Of a DNA stretch of 64,000 nt, positions 13,588 through 25,200 are shown piece by piece. A model generated the notes under the pieces. It saw only the letters and a program-made list of their open reading frames with translations, was not told the DNA's origin and made no database searches. Made by a program: the position numbers and the translations under genes. Numbering within the stretch: position 1 is the stretch's first letter; each line of letters begins with the position of its first letter. The stretch comes from Podarcis cretensis (lineage: Eukaryota). Where the stretch lies: positions 50,840,001 through 50,904,000 of the forward strand of contig OX638150.1 of the NCBI GenBank assembly GCA_951804945.1, in the 5' to 3' direction.

Positions 13588-14094
13588 CTACCATAGCAAA
13601 GGTACAATATTGATTCTGCAGCACACCAATCACATCTCCAAGACAGGTGCCTAAGAAAACCCTCAGAACCACCAAAGTAACAGCAGCAATAATTGTCCTC
13701 TAAACAATTAATCCTTGATCCTTACCTATGGAACATAAGAGGCCCCCTTCTCCTTTTTATGAAAAACTAAAAGCCTGTATCCAGAGCTGGCAAGTTAGTT
13801 AAAATTGAAACATAACATCAATAAGTCCAGTGTCTAAATTACCAAGCTGACCCACTGCCTTCAGTCTCCTTTGCTCTGGGCTCCCTACCTTTAGCTTCCC
13901 TACCACCTGGGTCCTCTTCCTAGTCTTCAGCTTGTCACTGTGGGAAGTTTTAATCCCTGCCAAGCTGACAACTTTCTCTTCCCTCACAGAAGTTGTTCTA
14001 TAAACTATTAGATGGCAGAACTCTTTTGTATTCCATCAGCATTACTTTCCTAGTAAGGAATCCTTAACAGGATATGCTGCTAAAAAAGGAAAGG

Positions 14095-15241
14095 GGAAAT
14101 GTTATACAGTGGTTCCGCTCCTTCCTCCTGTGCCATGTCCAGAAAGTGGTGTTGGGGAATGAGTGTTCGGACCCCTGGGCTTTCACTTGTGGGGTGCTTC
14201 AGGGTTCCGTCCTCTCCCCCATGCTTTTTAACATCTATATGAAGTTGCTGGGAGAGATCATCAGGGGGTTTGGGCTGGGTGTTCATCAGTATGTGGATGA
14301 AACCCAGCTCTACCTCTCTTTCAAATCAGAACCAGTGAAGGCAATGAAGGTACTGTGTGAGTGCCTGGAGGCGGTTGGAGGATGGATGGCGGCTAACAGA
14401 TTGAGGTTGAATCCTGACAAGACAGAAGTACTGTTTTGGGCAGACAGGGGGTGAGCAGGTTTGGGGGACTCCCTGGTCCTGAATGGGGTAACTGTGCCCC
14501 TGAAAGACCAGGTGCGCAGCCTGGGAATCATTATGGAATCACAGCTGTCCATGGAGGTGCAGGTCAGTTCTGTGTCCAGGGCAGCTGTCTATGAGCTCCA
14601 TCTGGTACACAGGCTGAGACCCTACCTGCCCACAGACTGTCTGGCCAAAGTGGTACATGTTCTAGTTATCTCCTGCTTGGATTACTGCAATGCACTCTAC
14701 ATGGAGCTACCTTTGAAGGTGATCTGGAAACTACAACTAATCCAGAATGCGGCAGCTAGACTGGTGACTGGGTGCGGCCACCGAAACCACATAACACTGG
14801 TCCTTAAACACCGGTCCAATGTAAACCTACATTGGCTCCCAGTAAGTTTCTGAGCACAATTCAAAGTGTTGCTGCTGACCATTAAAGCCCTAAACGGCTT
14901 TGGCCCAGTATACCTGAAGGAGCGTCTCCACCCCCATTGTTCAGCCCTGACACTGAGGTCCAGTGCCGAGTGCCTTCTGGCGGTTCCCTCACTGTGAGAA
15001 GTGAGGTTACAGGGAACCAGGCAGAGGGCCTTCTTGGTAGTGGCACCCGCCCTGTAGAACGCCCTCCCATTAGATGTCAAGGAAATAAACAACTAACTGA
15101 CTTTTAGAAGACATCTGAAGGCAGCCCTGTTTAGGGAAGTTGTTAATGTTTGAAGTTTTATTCTGTTTTTAGTCCTCTGTTAAGAGCTGCCCAGAGTGAC
15201 TGAGGAAACCCAGCCAGATGGGCGGGGTATAAATAATAAAA

Positions 15242-15287
<46 letters not shown>
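14095..15287 (+). mobile_element. 5'-truncated L2-type LINE (RT C-terminus + 3'UTR + (ATT)n tail) in an ARHGEF37 intron
   Basis: GVLQGSVLSPMLFNIYM, decayed YADD (YVDETQLY), LRLNPDKTEVL, LDYCNALY, LQLIQNAAARL, LHWLPV; stops present; (ATT)n tail. Confidence 0.85.
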
Positions 15288-15290
<3 letters not shown>

Positions 15291-16570
15291 AGCTAACATG
15301 AAAACATGTTGTGATGACCTAAAGAAGTAGTACTGACCATACTGCCCTTTAGACATTTCCCTAAACATGCGGGAGTCACTTGTCCGTGAGCAACTCCTGT
15401 GCAACTGTGAGAATGTTTAGGACCCTTGGTTTTGATCACCTTTTTCCTACCCACCCCAACTCTCAGAATTAGCAACCCTTTCACAGCATTGTGCCAATTC
15501 CATGAGAAAGGTGCAGTCTATCAGTCATTTAAATATGGTGAAACCTGTTGAATGGTTACTTTAAATGTAAAGGTTCATCATTGTTCCACCTAATGTGTAT
15601 GTCTTTAAGGGGCCAGAGCAAGGGCCAGAGCAAGATAACGAGACCCAGCTTTACAGCTGTGAAACATAGCAGGTGCTGCCGAGTTGCATTGATTAAGGGG
15701 TGTCAGCATTTGCATGTAGTATATAAGGAGCAGCACCTAGCTCTCCCATTACCCTGGGGGTTGGGTTGGTGGTTGGGTCTGCTTTGTTGTTAATGTATTT
15801 AGTGTATAAGGAGTTTTTGTTTTTTTTGTAATTAAAACCTTGCTTAAGTTATTTTTGAGTCCCTTTCTTTCTAATGCATGGTCACCCCAGCAAGCTCTCT
15901 GCAGCGCTACCATACTGCCAAATAGCCAACTTTCACCCAGTTATGTGGGAATACCTTACACACAAGCAGTTCTCATTCAGCTGGGGAAATGTATAAAGGG
16001 CATCTGTTTTCTCTTCACAAAAGAATGACCTAGAAGCCCGGGAAAACTGTAGCTTAGAAAACAATGCATGGTTGGCTCAGGTAGCAGTTGCCTGAGGACT
16101 CCTCTTTATGTTCTGCTAATTGGTTGCAACCTTGATGATTTCCCTGCACTTCTTTTTCTGTTCCAGCTGTGCAACCTATGCAGCTCAGTTATAGTTCCCC
16201 TTTCTTAATGGCTTGGTGCAATTGTATTACCAGTGAAACCGTACTATGACCTTTGTCCTGTCCATGATTTGGGGTTATGAATTAAATATTAGCACAAGTT
16301 ACCAAAGTTTGTTTAGCTCCTTGGCCATGTAAACACCTTCAGAGTAATTCTTTTCTGCTTCTACAGATGGTAGGATCAATATTGAAAACACAGGAGGAAT
16401 TAATATTAATAATAATAATGATAATAATCTTTATATCCCATCCCATCCATCTGGCTGGTCAGCATCACAGCAATTATTGCTAGCAATAAACAGAAGTTAA
16501 TGTAACACAAAGCATATCACTGATTTAATAACATCTGTCTCAGATGGCTGGTTGTTATAGTCCCACTCAC

Positions 16571-16694
16571 TGATATGGTAGAGCTGCTCGTGCTCCTGGT
16601 TCACTGCAGCTTCAAGTCCTTTCAGGAAACGTCTGGAGATGTGCAGGACATCATCTATATTGGAGAAAAGTCCTTCCAGGTCAATCTCAGGTAG
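16571..16694 (-). CDS. ARHGEF37: ARHGEF37 coding exon 2 (LPEIDLEGLFSNIDDVLHISRRFLKGLE...)
   Basis: ttTAG acceptor, GTGAGT donor, 124 nt; DH motif LFSNIDDV. Confidence 0.9.
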
Positions 16695-17567
16695 CTAAAA
16701 GGCATAATAGATTAGGAGAATGCATCAGTTATTTCTCGGTGTGTCCATGAGTGAGCAAATGATTACTGTTTGAACAGTGATCCGAATGTTGCTTCTAAAG
16801 GTACATCTAGAATCAAACACCTATGCATTCTGGGACTGCAGAAACAGAGATCACATCATTGCAGAATGGATGTACCAAAGATGGGGCTTAATTGTCATTG
16901 CCTACCAGGAGAAAACTTGCTGACAACAGGACCCAGTGGTCACCTGTAGACAGACCTCTAAATAGCCAGGTCTTGTCTTAGTCTATAAACTACAGCATCT
17001 CCCCAAACAGCTACCACATACTGTTACCCAAAGCATCTCACCCTGCAGCCTACACACCGACTATCATGGTAGCTTCTTAGACTACATTCACACCATATAT
17101 TTAAGGTATTATGATACCACTTTAAACAGACACAGTTTCCCCTAAACAATTCTGGGAGCTGTAGTTTGTGCTCCCAGTGCTTCAAATTGTTAGGAAACCT
17201 TCCCTCACCCCCCAAGCTACAATTCACAGAGTTCCCTGTGAAGAGGGATTGACTGTTAATCCATTGTTAAATATATAGTGTGGCCTTAGCCTACCCCAAG
17301 TTCTGAATTTCACTACTAGGAACAAATGCTTAGCTTTCTTAAGTTCCTTAATGCATCGTTGTTTTCTGAATTTGAGATTGCCTGTTGCGGATTTTAAAAA
17401 CATTTTGCTGCACAATTCACTCCCATGGAAATGTGTAGAGGAGGGATAGCCAACCTGGTGCCCTCCAGATGATGCTGGACTACAACTCCCATCATCCTGG
17501 CTATGATGGAAGTTGGTGTGCATCATCGTCTGGGGGGTCACCCCCAGGTGTGGAGGATCTGCCTCAC

Positions 17568-17768
17568 CTGCTTTTTCTGGAGGTGATTACGGATATCTGA
17601 AATGCACAGCTGAAGGTTCTGTACATAACTGGTCTCTGTGTTGATGAGCTCCTCCACAGCCAGCCGTTGGTTCTGCTCTGCTTTGTCCAGGAATGTCAGA
17701 GTTTCATATATGGGTTCAGCCTCTGGTGTCTCCTCAGCTGTCAGTTCATCTGTACTGTCATTTGCCAT
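17568..17768 (-). CDS. ARHGEF37: ARHGEF37 first coding exon (MANDSTDEL...AVEELINTETSYVQNL...KKQ), start of DH domain
   Basis: Acceptor ctctctttatag before 17776, ATG at 17768, donor CAG|GTGAGG; DH CR1 motif EELINTETSYVQNL; 201 nt, phase 0. Confidence 0.9.
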
Positions 17769-20700
17769 ATTGGGAGCTATAAAGAGAGAGGGAGACACAA
17801 GAGGAAAAGGTGGGTCATGAGTGCACAGAATCCACTTAATAATCTTCAGGCTCATTCTAATTCTACACTTCAGTGGGAACATGCTGCTGGGTTTATTATT
17901 TTGCAAATGTCTTAAGGCAGAAGCTACTGCCTGTGCTCTGCCATGAGGCTAGCTGCTCCACCCATTGACAGAGAGCTTCTGTAGGGCAGCAATGCCATCA
18001 CATTTCAGTTGTGAACCAGGAAGCTGCTTATTGTAATCTTGTCTGTGCCTTGGAAGTTACTAGGTGTCTTAATTTATTGAATGAGTAGATTTATATTCCA
18101 CTTTCTGACTGCAGTCCTCAAATCAGCTTGCAGCATTTATGAGTACACAACAGGTACCCTGAGGTGAGAATCACATAACGTTCCCCTAAGATGCCCCTGA
18201 AGTGGCTTGTGCTGCATTGCTTCAAATGACACATCTCCATCCTTGAGTCAAGTTACAATATATATCTACATAATATACTTAAAATCACTAAAGAGCAAAT
18301 TTTGATGTTGGCCTGGAATTGTGAGATAGCCTTTCAGAATATTTTGATGGTTGGGTTCTGCCGCCACCCACGTAAGCCACTTAGCACTCACTAGCATGTG
18401 GAAATGTGTTTCAGGACAGGACAGGAGGAGTGTGCAGCTTGCAAAGAAGTTTCTGAAACCCCACAAAAATAAAGTTTACAAATTGGTGGATTCAGCATGT
18501 TATCCTCAATAAAAACAGATGCGCTATCTTGGAGAATATCATATTGTTGTAAAATTGGGAGATTTAGACAGGAGAGGGTTAATGGAGCCAGAAGTTCTGT
18601 GAGGGACTCCCTTACTATGCTCTCCACATCCTGTTGCCCAAAGTGGCAACCCAAACGCTCTTGGAGTGCTTAAGTGTCATCTTACCCATAAAGCACCCAT
18701 GTTGTATGACTTTTACTAAGGACTTCTATACAACGTTATATTTGCGTTGTATGTTGTAAACTGCCCTATGGTCTTCTGACTAAGGGCCATATACAAATTC
18801 AATAAATAGTAATAATAATACTGTAAAGCAGTGAACTTCAGCTGGGGGGCCGGGACCCACTACTTGGGTCGTGGGCTGATCTAAGATGGGTCACAAAAGA
18901 AGACTGCCAACATATTATATGTGCTAGAAGCCACCCAGAGTGGCTGGGGAGACCCCGACAGATGGGTGGGGTATTAATAATAATAATATCATTATCAATA
19001 ATAAGTCAGTGACAAAAGTTGCCAAGTAAATAATTTTTTTAAGGCGATTTCTGGTTGATTGCACCCAGTGAGCTGGGACTTACTTAAGACTGGAGATCAG
19101 ATGGAGGGCTGGGATTTTGCTGTCTCTTGGAAGATTTAAACCAGGAGCATAGTAAGACTTGTCAAGGTTAAGGAGTCCAGAGTCAAACCCAACTCCCTAA
19201 CCAGTAGGCTGTCACCCTTCTAGGGAACCAAAATATTTGCAAAGTAACCAAATACAGCCAAGTAGATCTGAAGCAACTATTTAGACTAAGGCACTTTCCC
19301 AAATGATCACACAGAGGTATAGCATTATACAGAACAATACAGAACCCCATAAGATTCCAGTGATCTCCTTCCAAAAGAAACCAAACCTGGATAAGCGTTG
19401 TACTCCTAGAATTTCTCACTGCTTGAACAAAGTGTAACAATATTCTCACTTGACAAAGCATTCATTCTCTGTAAGCTGACAAAATTTCAGTATACCTTGA
19501 GAAAAGATCCCTGGCTATGCTACTGACAATTAGTAATGCGCACGTTTTTGTGTGTGTAGCATCCTCACCCCTAAAATAAAACCAGAAGACTTAAGAACTG
19601 AATGGAAATCGTCGACATAAATAAACAGACCATAGAGAAGATTTCTGTACACCACAAGACCGTGTCTTTACACCACAATATTATATTCTGAACAGCGTGC
19701 CAGTCTGTGCTATACATCCATAGTGCTGGGTTATTTTTATCTGATTGCTGCTGTTGATCAATTGTATTCACTGCAGGCTAGCTATTGCAAAAGACACTTT
19801 AAAATCTATTGAATCTAGCAAGGGGAACCACAGATGGCTCGTATGTAGAAGCTTCCTTTCACTTGAATAATTCAACACTATTTATTAATGCAACAGAATG
19901 GCGGCAAATAGAAAGCTGGAACCCTGGTCATCATTGTTCTGTCCTCCTGGATTTTAACCACAAAGGGGCTGCTTTACCTGAGAAGAGATGCACTTGTCAG
20001 GCCTGGAACCTTTTGTTCTGTTTGTATCCCATTATGCTGACTGACATTTTAGAGAGATGATATTGGAATAAAGAAGCAAAAGCAAAAAAAGGAGAAAGAT
20101 GGACTGAGACTGCCTATTTCTAAAATAGGTTAATCTAGTTGAGAACCAGTCCAGGGTTCCCAGGCCTGCGACCAGAAGAAAGGCTCCTGGGGAGGCTCAA
20201 GTAATGAGATGACCCACTATCACAAAAGTTGAGAATTCCCAATCTATACAGTGACTACAAAGGGGCTGGATCTAGACACATCCAAAAAGCGTTTCAGGAA
20301 AACGTGTTGTAAACTTTGTTATGGGAAATCACGCTGGTGAAACATGGGACTCCACAGCACCATCTGGTGTCAGAGTGTTATAACACATATAAAACGCTTT
20401 TTCTTTACTAAGGTAGCTGAGTCCAGGGTCTCAGTTAAAAGTTCTGAAGGAGATAAAAGTTCCAAAGATGCAGTCTTGCTATACAGTATTTCAGTGATGG
20501 GGACAACAAAACTACCTATCAACTGATTGCTGGTGCCCTTCATCAGGGCTCATAAGGGAAACTCTGTACCTTTTAAAGTATAGAGACCCTGGTTATTAGG
20601 TATAAACTAGGTTTGCTACATTGACAGAATTTGTGTACTTTTAACAGCTGTGCAATAGGGAAGTTCAGGAGGTAAAGTTGATGAGAAACTTTACCTATTC

Positions 20701-21231
20701 AATTACTGCCTGTCTTGAAGTTGTTACAGAAACAGAAAACTGCTAGGGAAAAATGGTTGCATTCCACAGCACAGGTGGGAATCTTTGGCACTTCAGATGT
20801 AGCTGAAATACAACTCCCACCAGCCCCAGCAAGCATGGCCAATGGCCAGGAATGATGGGAGTTGAAGTTCAGCAATATCTAGAGTGCAAGAGGTTCCCCA
20901 CATTTGCTGTAGCATAATCCTCATCACTATAATAAGACAAGACAACATATGTGACTAATACTATCAGGTTTCAAAACAGGTTGGTGCCAGACTTGGTAGG
21001 CATATTCCTATAGTAATGAAGGCAGATGGCAAAACACAGTCCCCTTTATTTTCCATTATCACCCTAGGCGTTCACCCTATTGTTTTTGGGGTTGTTGTTT
21101 TTTAAGTCACTTGAATATTCCTTCTGTTTTGATGCCAGCCATTTTTGCCTTATAGTTGATGCAGAGGTTTAGCTGTAGCTGGAAGGATTAATAATGATGC
21201 ATTTCTGGGGAATGCTGGCTTCACTTTAAAC

Positions 21232-21368
21232 CAGGCATAGGCAAACTCGGCCCTCCAGATGTTTTTTGGCCTACAACTCCCATCATCCCTAGCTAACAGG
21301 ACCATTGGTCAGGGATGATGGGAATTGTAGTCCCAAAACATCTGGAGGGCCGAGTTTGCCTATGCCTG
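21232..21368. mobile_element. Palindromic hAT-type MITE (137 bp)
   Basis: 34-bp perfect terminal inverted repeat CAGGCATAGGCAAACTCGGCCCTCCAGATGTTTT; 8-bp TSD CTTTAAAC; older relatives at ~13240-13360, 17445-17545, 20770-20905, 30660-30760. Confidence 0.88.
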
Positions 21369-23653
21369 CTTTAAACCATAGTTAAGCTCAACTGTGACTG
21401 AAAGGTGAATGTGCTGCGTGCTGCTGCATGGGGTGAAAATCACAATCACTTCACTCTTCCCCTGCTCCTGCTGTGCTGTCTGAACCTAGGCTTGTGTCTT
21501 GTGTCTCTCAAAAAAACCACAAGAACATAACCTAGGTTTGTTCCACTCTTTGTGGGAGACAAACAATAAGCCCATCTTGGCAGCACAAGAGCAGCTGGAG
21601 CAGGGGAGGGGAGGGGTGAACAACCACAAGTTTCTGCTCTGTGTACCAGCATGCTGCACAGTCACCTTTAAACCATACCTAAGTTTGACTCTTTTTTTAA
21701 AGCAGTGTGCAAACACTGCCACTATATGGACTTCTCCAGCACATAGTGTGTTAGGAATTGTCACATCCACAAGTCTGATATTGCTTAATTTGATTGTGCC
21801 TTTTGTCATTGTTGTTGTTGTTATGTGAGCAAAAAAGATATGCAGTTGGATCTGTGGAAGAGACTCATGCGTCCAAATGTCTGAAAATATAATATTTTTG
21901 CTACTAAGGATTTTAACCCCAGTATACAAGGGTTGCCCCTCCTTCAGTTCTACAAACTTTGCAGCAGACCTTCTGAAATACATTTCTGAGGGTGAAAGAG
22001 TTTGATTTTAAAATATGTGCCATTTGTTACAGAAAGAGTGGGGAACACTTGTTTATTGAAAGAAGCATGCCTTCTCCCTTTGTCTTATTTCTTTCCTGCT
22101 GGCAGAAAATTGAAGGAAATGAAACTGATAGCTTCTTCCCCGAACTCTCTATAAGGCTTGTTTCAAAGTGAAAGCAAGAGAGGCACAGACAAAATGTTCC
22201 AACCAGAATCACAAGGCAAGACCCCTGAAAGAAGATCTTCAAGAGAAACAACAGTTGAACCTGTGTCAGCGCTCATCACAGTATGGAAGAGTTTGTTTTC
22301 CCCTGGAACATCTATTGATTTTGAAGCAATCGTCAAGTGCTGGGCCTGAGGAGGCCACATGATGTGTGCTGAAGAAGAAGAAGAAGAAGAATGAATAGAG
22401 GGGGGTAATCAAGCAGATCAAAGCATTCTGGGCTAAACAAGAAAATTACAGTGGAAATTTTGAACATGCTGCAGGAATTTTAACTATCTAGTTGTGGAAT
22501 TAAGTGACTGAATTTGAGCTTGTTTACAAGTTGCATAAATGTCTGATATACCGTAATTTTGATGACTGCCAAAGAGGCCTTTGGAGAGGAGACTATGAGG
22601 TCTTCTTTTTTGTAGGAATCTGGAGTTGTACTCTTAAAATGTTTGTAAGAAGAACTGTTTTTTCTTTTCATTAGGATTCATGGCAGTCTCTCCACAGAAG
22701 GTTCAAGAAGCTAATGACATCTCTTTCCTACACATGAGGAAACTGTAAGTGATGGGACAGGAAGAATGAAGGAAGATTAAGGAGAACAGTAGGCCAGGGC
22801 CAAAATTTCTCATTTGATGTAAAGACAACAGGTACAGAAAGTGAAAAGATAATGATGGTTCTGGTAGACTCTGGGTCATTGAAACAGGAGCTGTTGGATC
22901 CAGAATCTGGACACAAAGAACTTCATCCTTGTTGCATCCAGCTGTGGCTTCTACTGTCACTGTAGCATTAAGAGTGATGCTGGATCAGGCCAAAAGCCCA
23001 GATGGCTATGGAAATCCCACAAGCAGGACCTGAGCACAACAGCAACTGGTATTCAGAGGCATACTGCCTCTGACAGTGAAAACAGAACATTGTGACATGG
23101 CAACCCTATAGGGAGGGCAGCAAAGGGCAAAACGATGTTGGGAAGCTGAATTTCACTTACTGATCTGAACTAACCAGGCCATTCTTTGGCTGAAGGCTTC
23201 TACATGGACTTGAAAGTGCATAACTTTGACAGTACTGGAGGCGGATGAAAAGCTAGTCAAAAGGGAAGAACTCATACTACCTTTCCTGCTGAACTGGTCT
23301 GTTATTTTGGGCAAGTCACTGGCCCTACATATACCTGAGAGACAGCCTGCTTTATAGAACTCCCAAATTTTCCAATCAACATATGGCAAAAATGAGGGAG
23401 AGAATGCCCAATGCAAACAAGTGACAGCGCTGAATAATGACAGTAAGCTGAGTACTCTGTGTTGGGCCCAATAGAAGAACCTATCTGCATGTTCAGAAAA
23501 AGCATGTGGTATGACTCTTTGGGGACGTGCCATTTCAGAGAATTCCATGACTGAGGGCTCTCACCTGCCTGCAAAACTCTACTGTATCTGTGTCTCTGAA
23601 TGTAGCCTTCTCTCACACATACTATTTTTCCAGATGCTGCTGGAAAGTATGTA

Positions 23654-23665
23654 ATGATAATAATA

Positions 23666-23713
<48 letters not shown>
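23654..23713. repeat. (AAT)n microsatellite, probably the tail of a minus-strand L2-type fragment (~23714-23960)
   Basis: Tandem repeat followed by tttataccctgccct...ctcagggcagctaac. Confidence 0.85.
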
Positions 23714-24667
23714 TTATACCCTGCCCTTCCCGGCCAGAACTGGGCTCAGGGCAGCTAACACAAATAAAATTACAATAAAACAATAGGGGGGGAAAGGTTA
23801 ATTAAAATACGGGTTAAAATACAATTTAAAATTCAGCCTCATTTTAATAGTAGCCCATAAATCAAAACCATAAGGGGATGGAAATGTAAGGGTCAGACTG
23901 AGTCTAAACCAAAGGCCAGGCGGAACAGCTCTGTCTTGCAGGCCCTGCGTAAAGATGCCATCCCTCACCTTCACTCTGAAGTGGTACAGTCCCAGCAGGG
24001 ACTTTCTGAACATGTACATGATGGTGTTTCCTGCTTGGCGGGGGGTTGGACTCGATGGCCCTTGTGGTCTCTTCCAGCTCTATGATTCTATGATTCTACA
24101 AACACCACACAGAAACCAGGCAGGCAGGAGCTTGCATCATCCACAGTCCCTTTCTGTACCTGCTGCAGGAGTCCTGCTGCCACCCAGTTCAGGTTGTTCC
24201 TTTTCCCAAGCAGGGCTTCTGTACTGTTAATAATTGGGAGGGGGAGATTAAAAACAGGTGATGCTTCTCACAACTCAACCGCACCTGTAGAATCCCTACT
24301 TGCCATGCAGCTGTTAAATGCTCAGGGATGCTGCCAGAAAGAAAGAAAGAAAAAAAGAAGTGGCAAACATATTGGTTCTCTAAAAACTATGGAAAAAGCG
24401 GCTTTCCCTTTTACCGCCTCCTGTGACAGGCACCTGCCCTTCCCCGCAGAAGTCAGTAAATGTGCAGGATCTGGAATGTGGTTATGCAACCTTCCCACTC
24501 ATCCTTGCAGGGAGAGACAGCCGTCCCTGATTAATGGCTGCCTGGGAGATTTTGTGAGACGCACACAATTCCAAGGACTTGGCCCCTGCCCTTTCGGAGG
24601 ACATCTCCTCCATCAGCAAAGCGCTTGCTGTCAGCTCTCCTTGGCTTTTTTGCCTCTTAATTCTTAC

Positions 24668-25200
24668 CTGCTAATTAGCCGGGGACTTCTCGACTTGTTT
24701 AAGCTGCCTCGCTGCCGCTGCCGCTGCCGCTGCCGCCTCTGAGTTAATGATCAACCCACTGCGTTCCAGCTGCAGAAGCACAGGCTTGTTTGTGTCTATG
24801 TGTGCCGAGGACTGGCTGGCCCTCTCAGCTGTGTGCAAGTAAGTGTCTGTGAGCCAGGCCGGGCTCCGTTCCCTCGCTGCCATTCTCTCGCTGCTCTGTT
24901 TACTGCAGCCACACAGGCTATGTGCGAGTCCAGGCGGGAGTCAGATGAGTGTATTCGCTCACAGTGCTCCAAAACAAGAGAATATGCATCCAAGGCAACC
25001 CCTGCCGGGGTGGCAGCAGGCCAGCTGTAGAGATTTCTAGATGGAAATGAATGGGCCCTGCGGCCTGGCAGGGGGGCCAGCTGCAGGGAAAAAGAAACAC
25101 CTTCACACACAATAGGAAAATCCTGTGGGGAGCGGAGAGCAGTGCAGGCCACAAACAGCAACTCAGCTGACTGAGCTTTGGCTGTCGGCCACCTCTCAGT
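24668..25200 (-). promoter_or_regulatory. Candidate ARHGEF37 promoter / non-coding first exon (5' end uncertain)
   Basis: Locally GC/CpG-rich unique sequence with (GCCGCT)n, ending in a consensus minus-strand donor CAG|GTAAGA at 24668; the first coding exon has an acceptor, so an upstream exon is required. Confidence 0.5.

Larger units (their letters stand above)
453..17768 (-). other. ARHGEF37: ARHGEF37 gene span (coding part in window: 10 exons, ~1678 nt, ~559 aa; 3' exons lie beyond the window start)
   Basis: Ten GT-AG exons join in frame into DH (RhoGEF) + BAR + SH3 architecture; head-to-head with CSNK1A1 as at the mammalian locus. Confidence 0.92.

Noticed and set aside
21850-23620. Stretch of unique sequence with several 60-165 aa ORFs, possibly a decayed gene or retrocopy
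   Set aside because: No recognisable motif in the frames I examined and no consistent splice pattern; BLASTx would be needed
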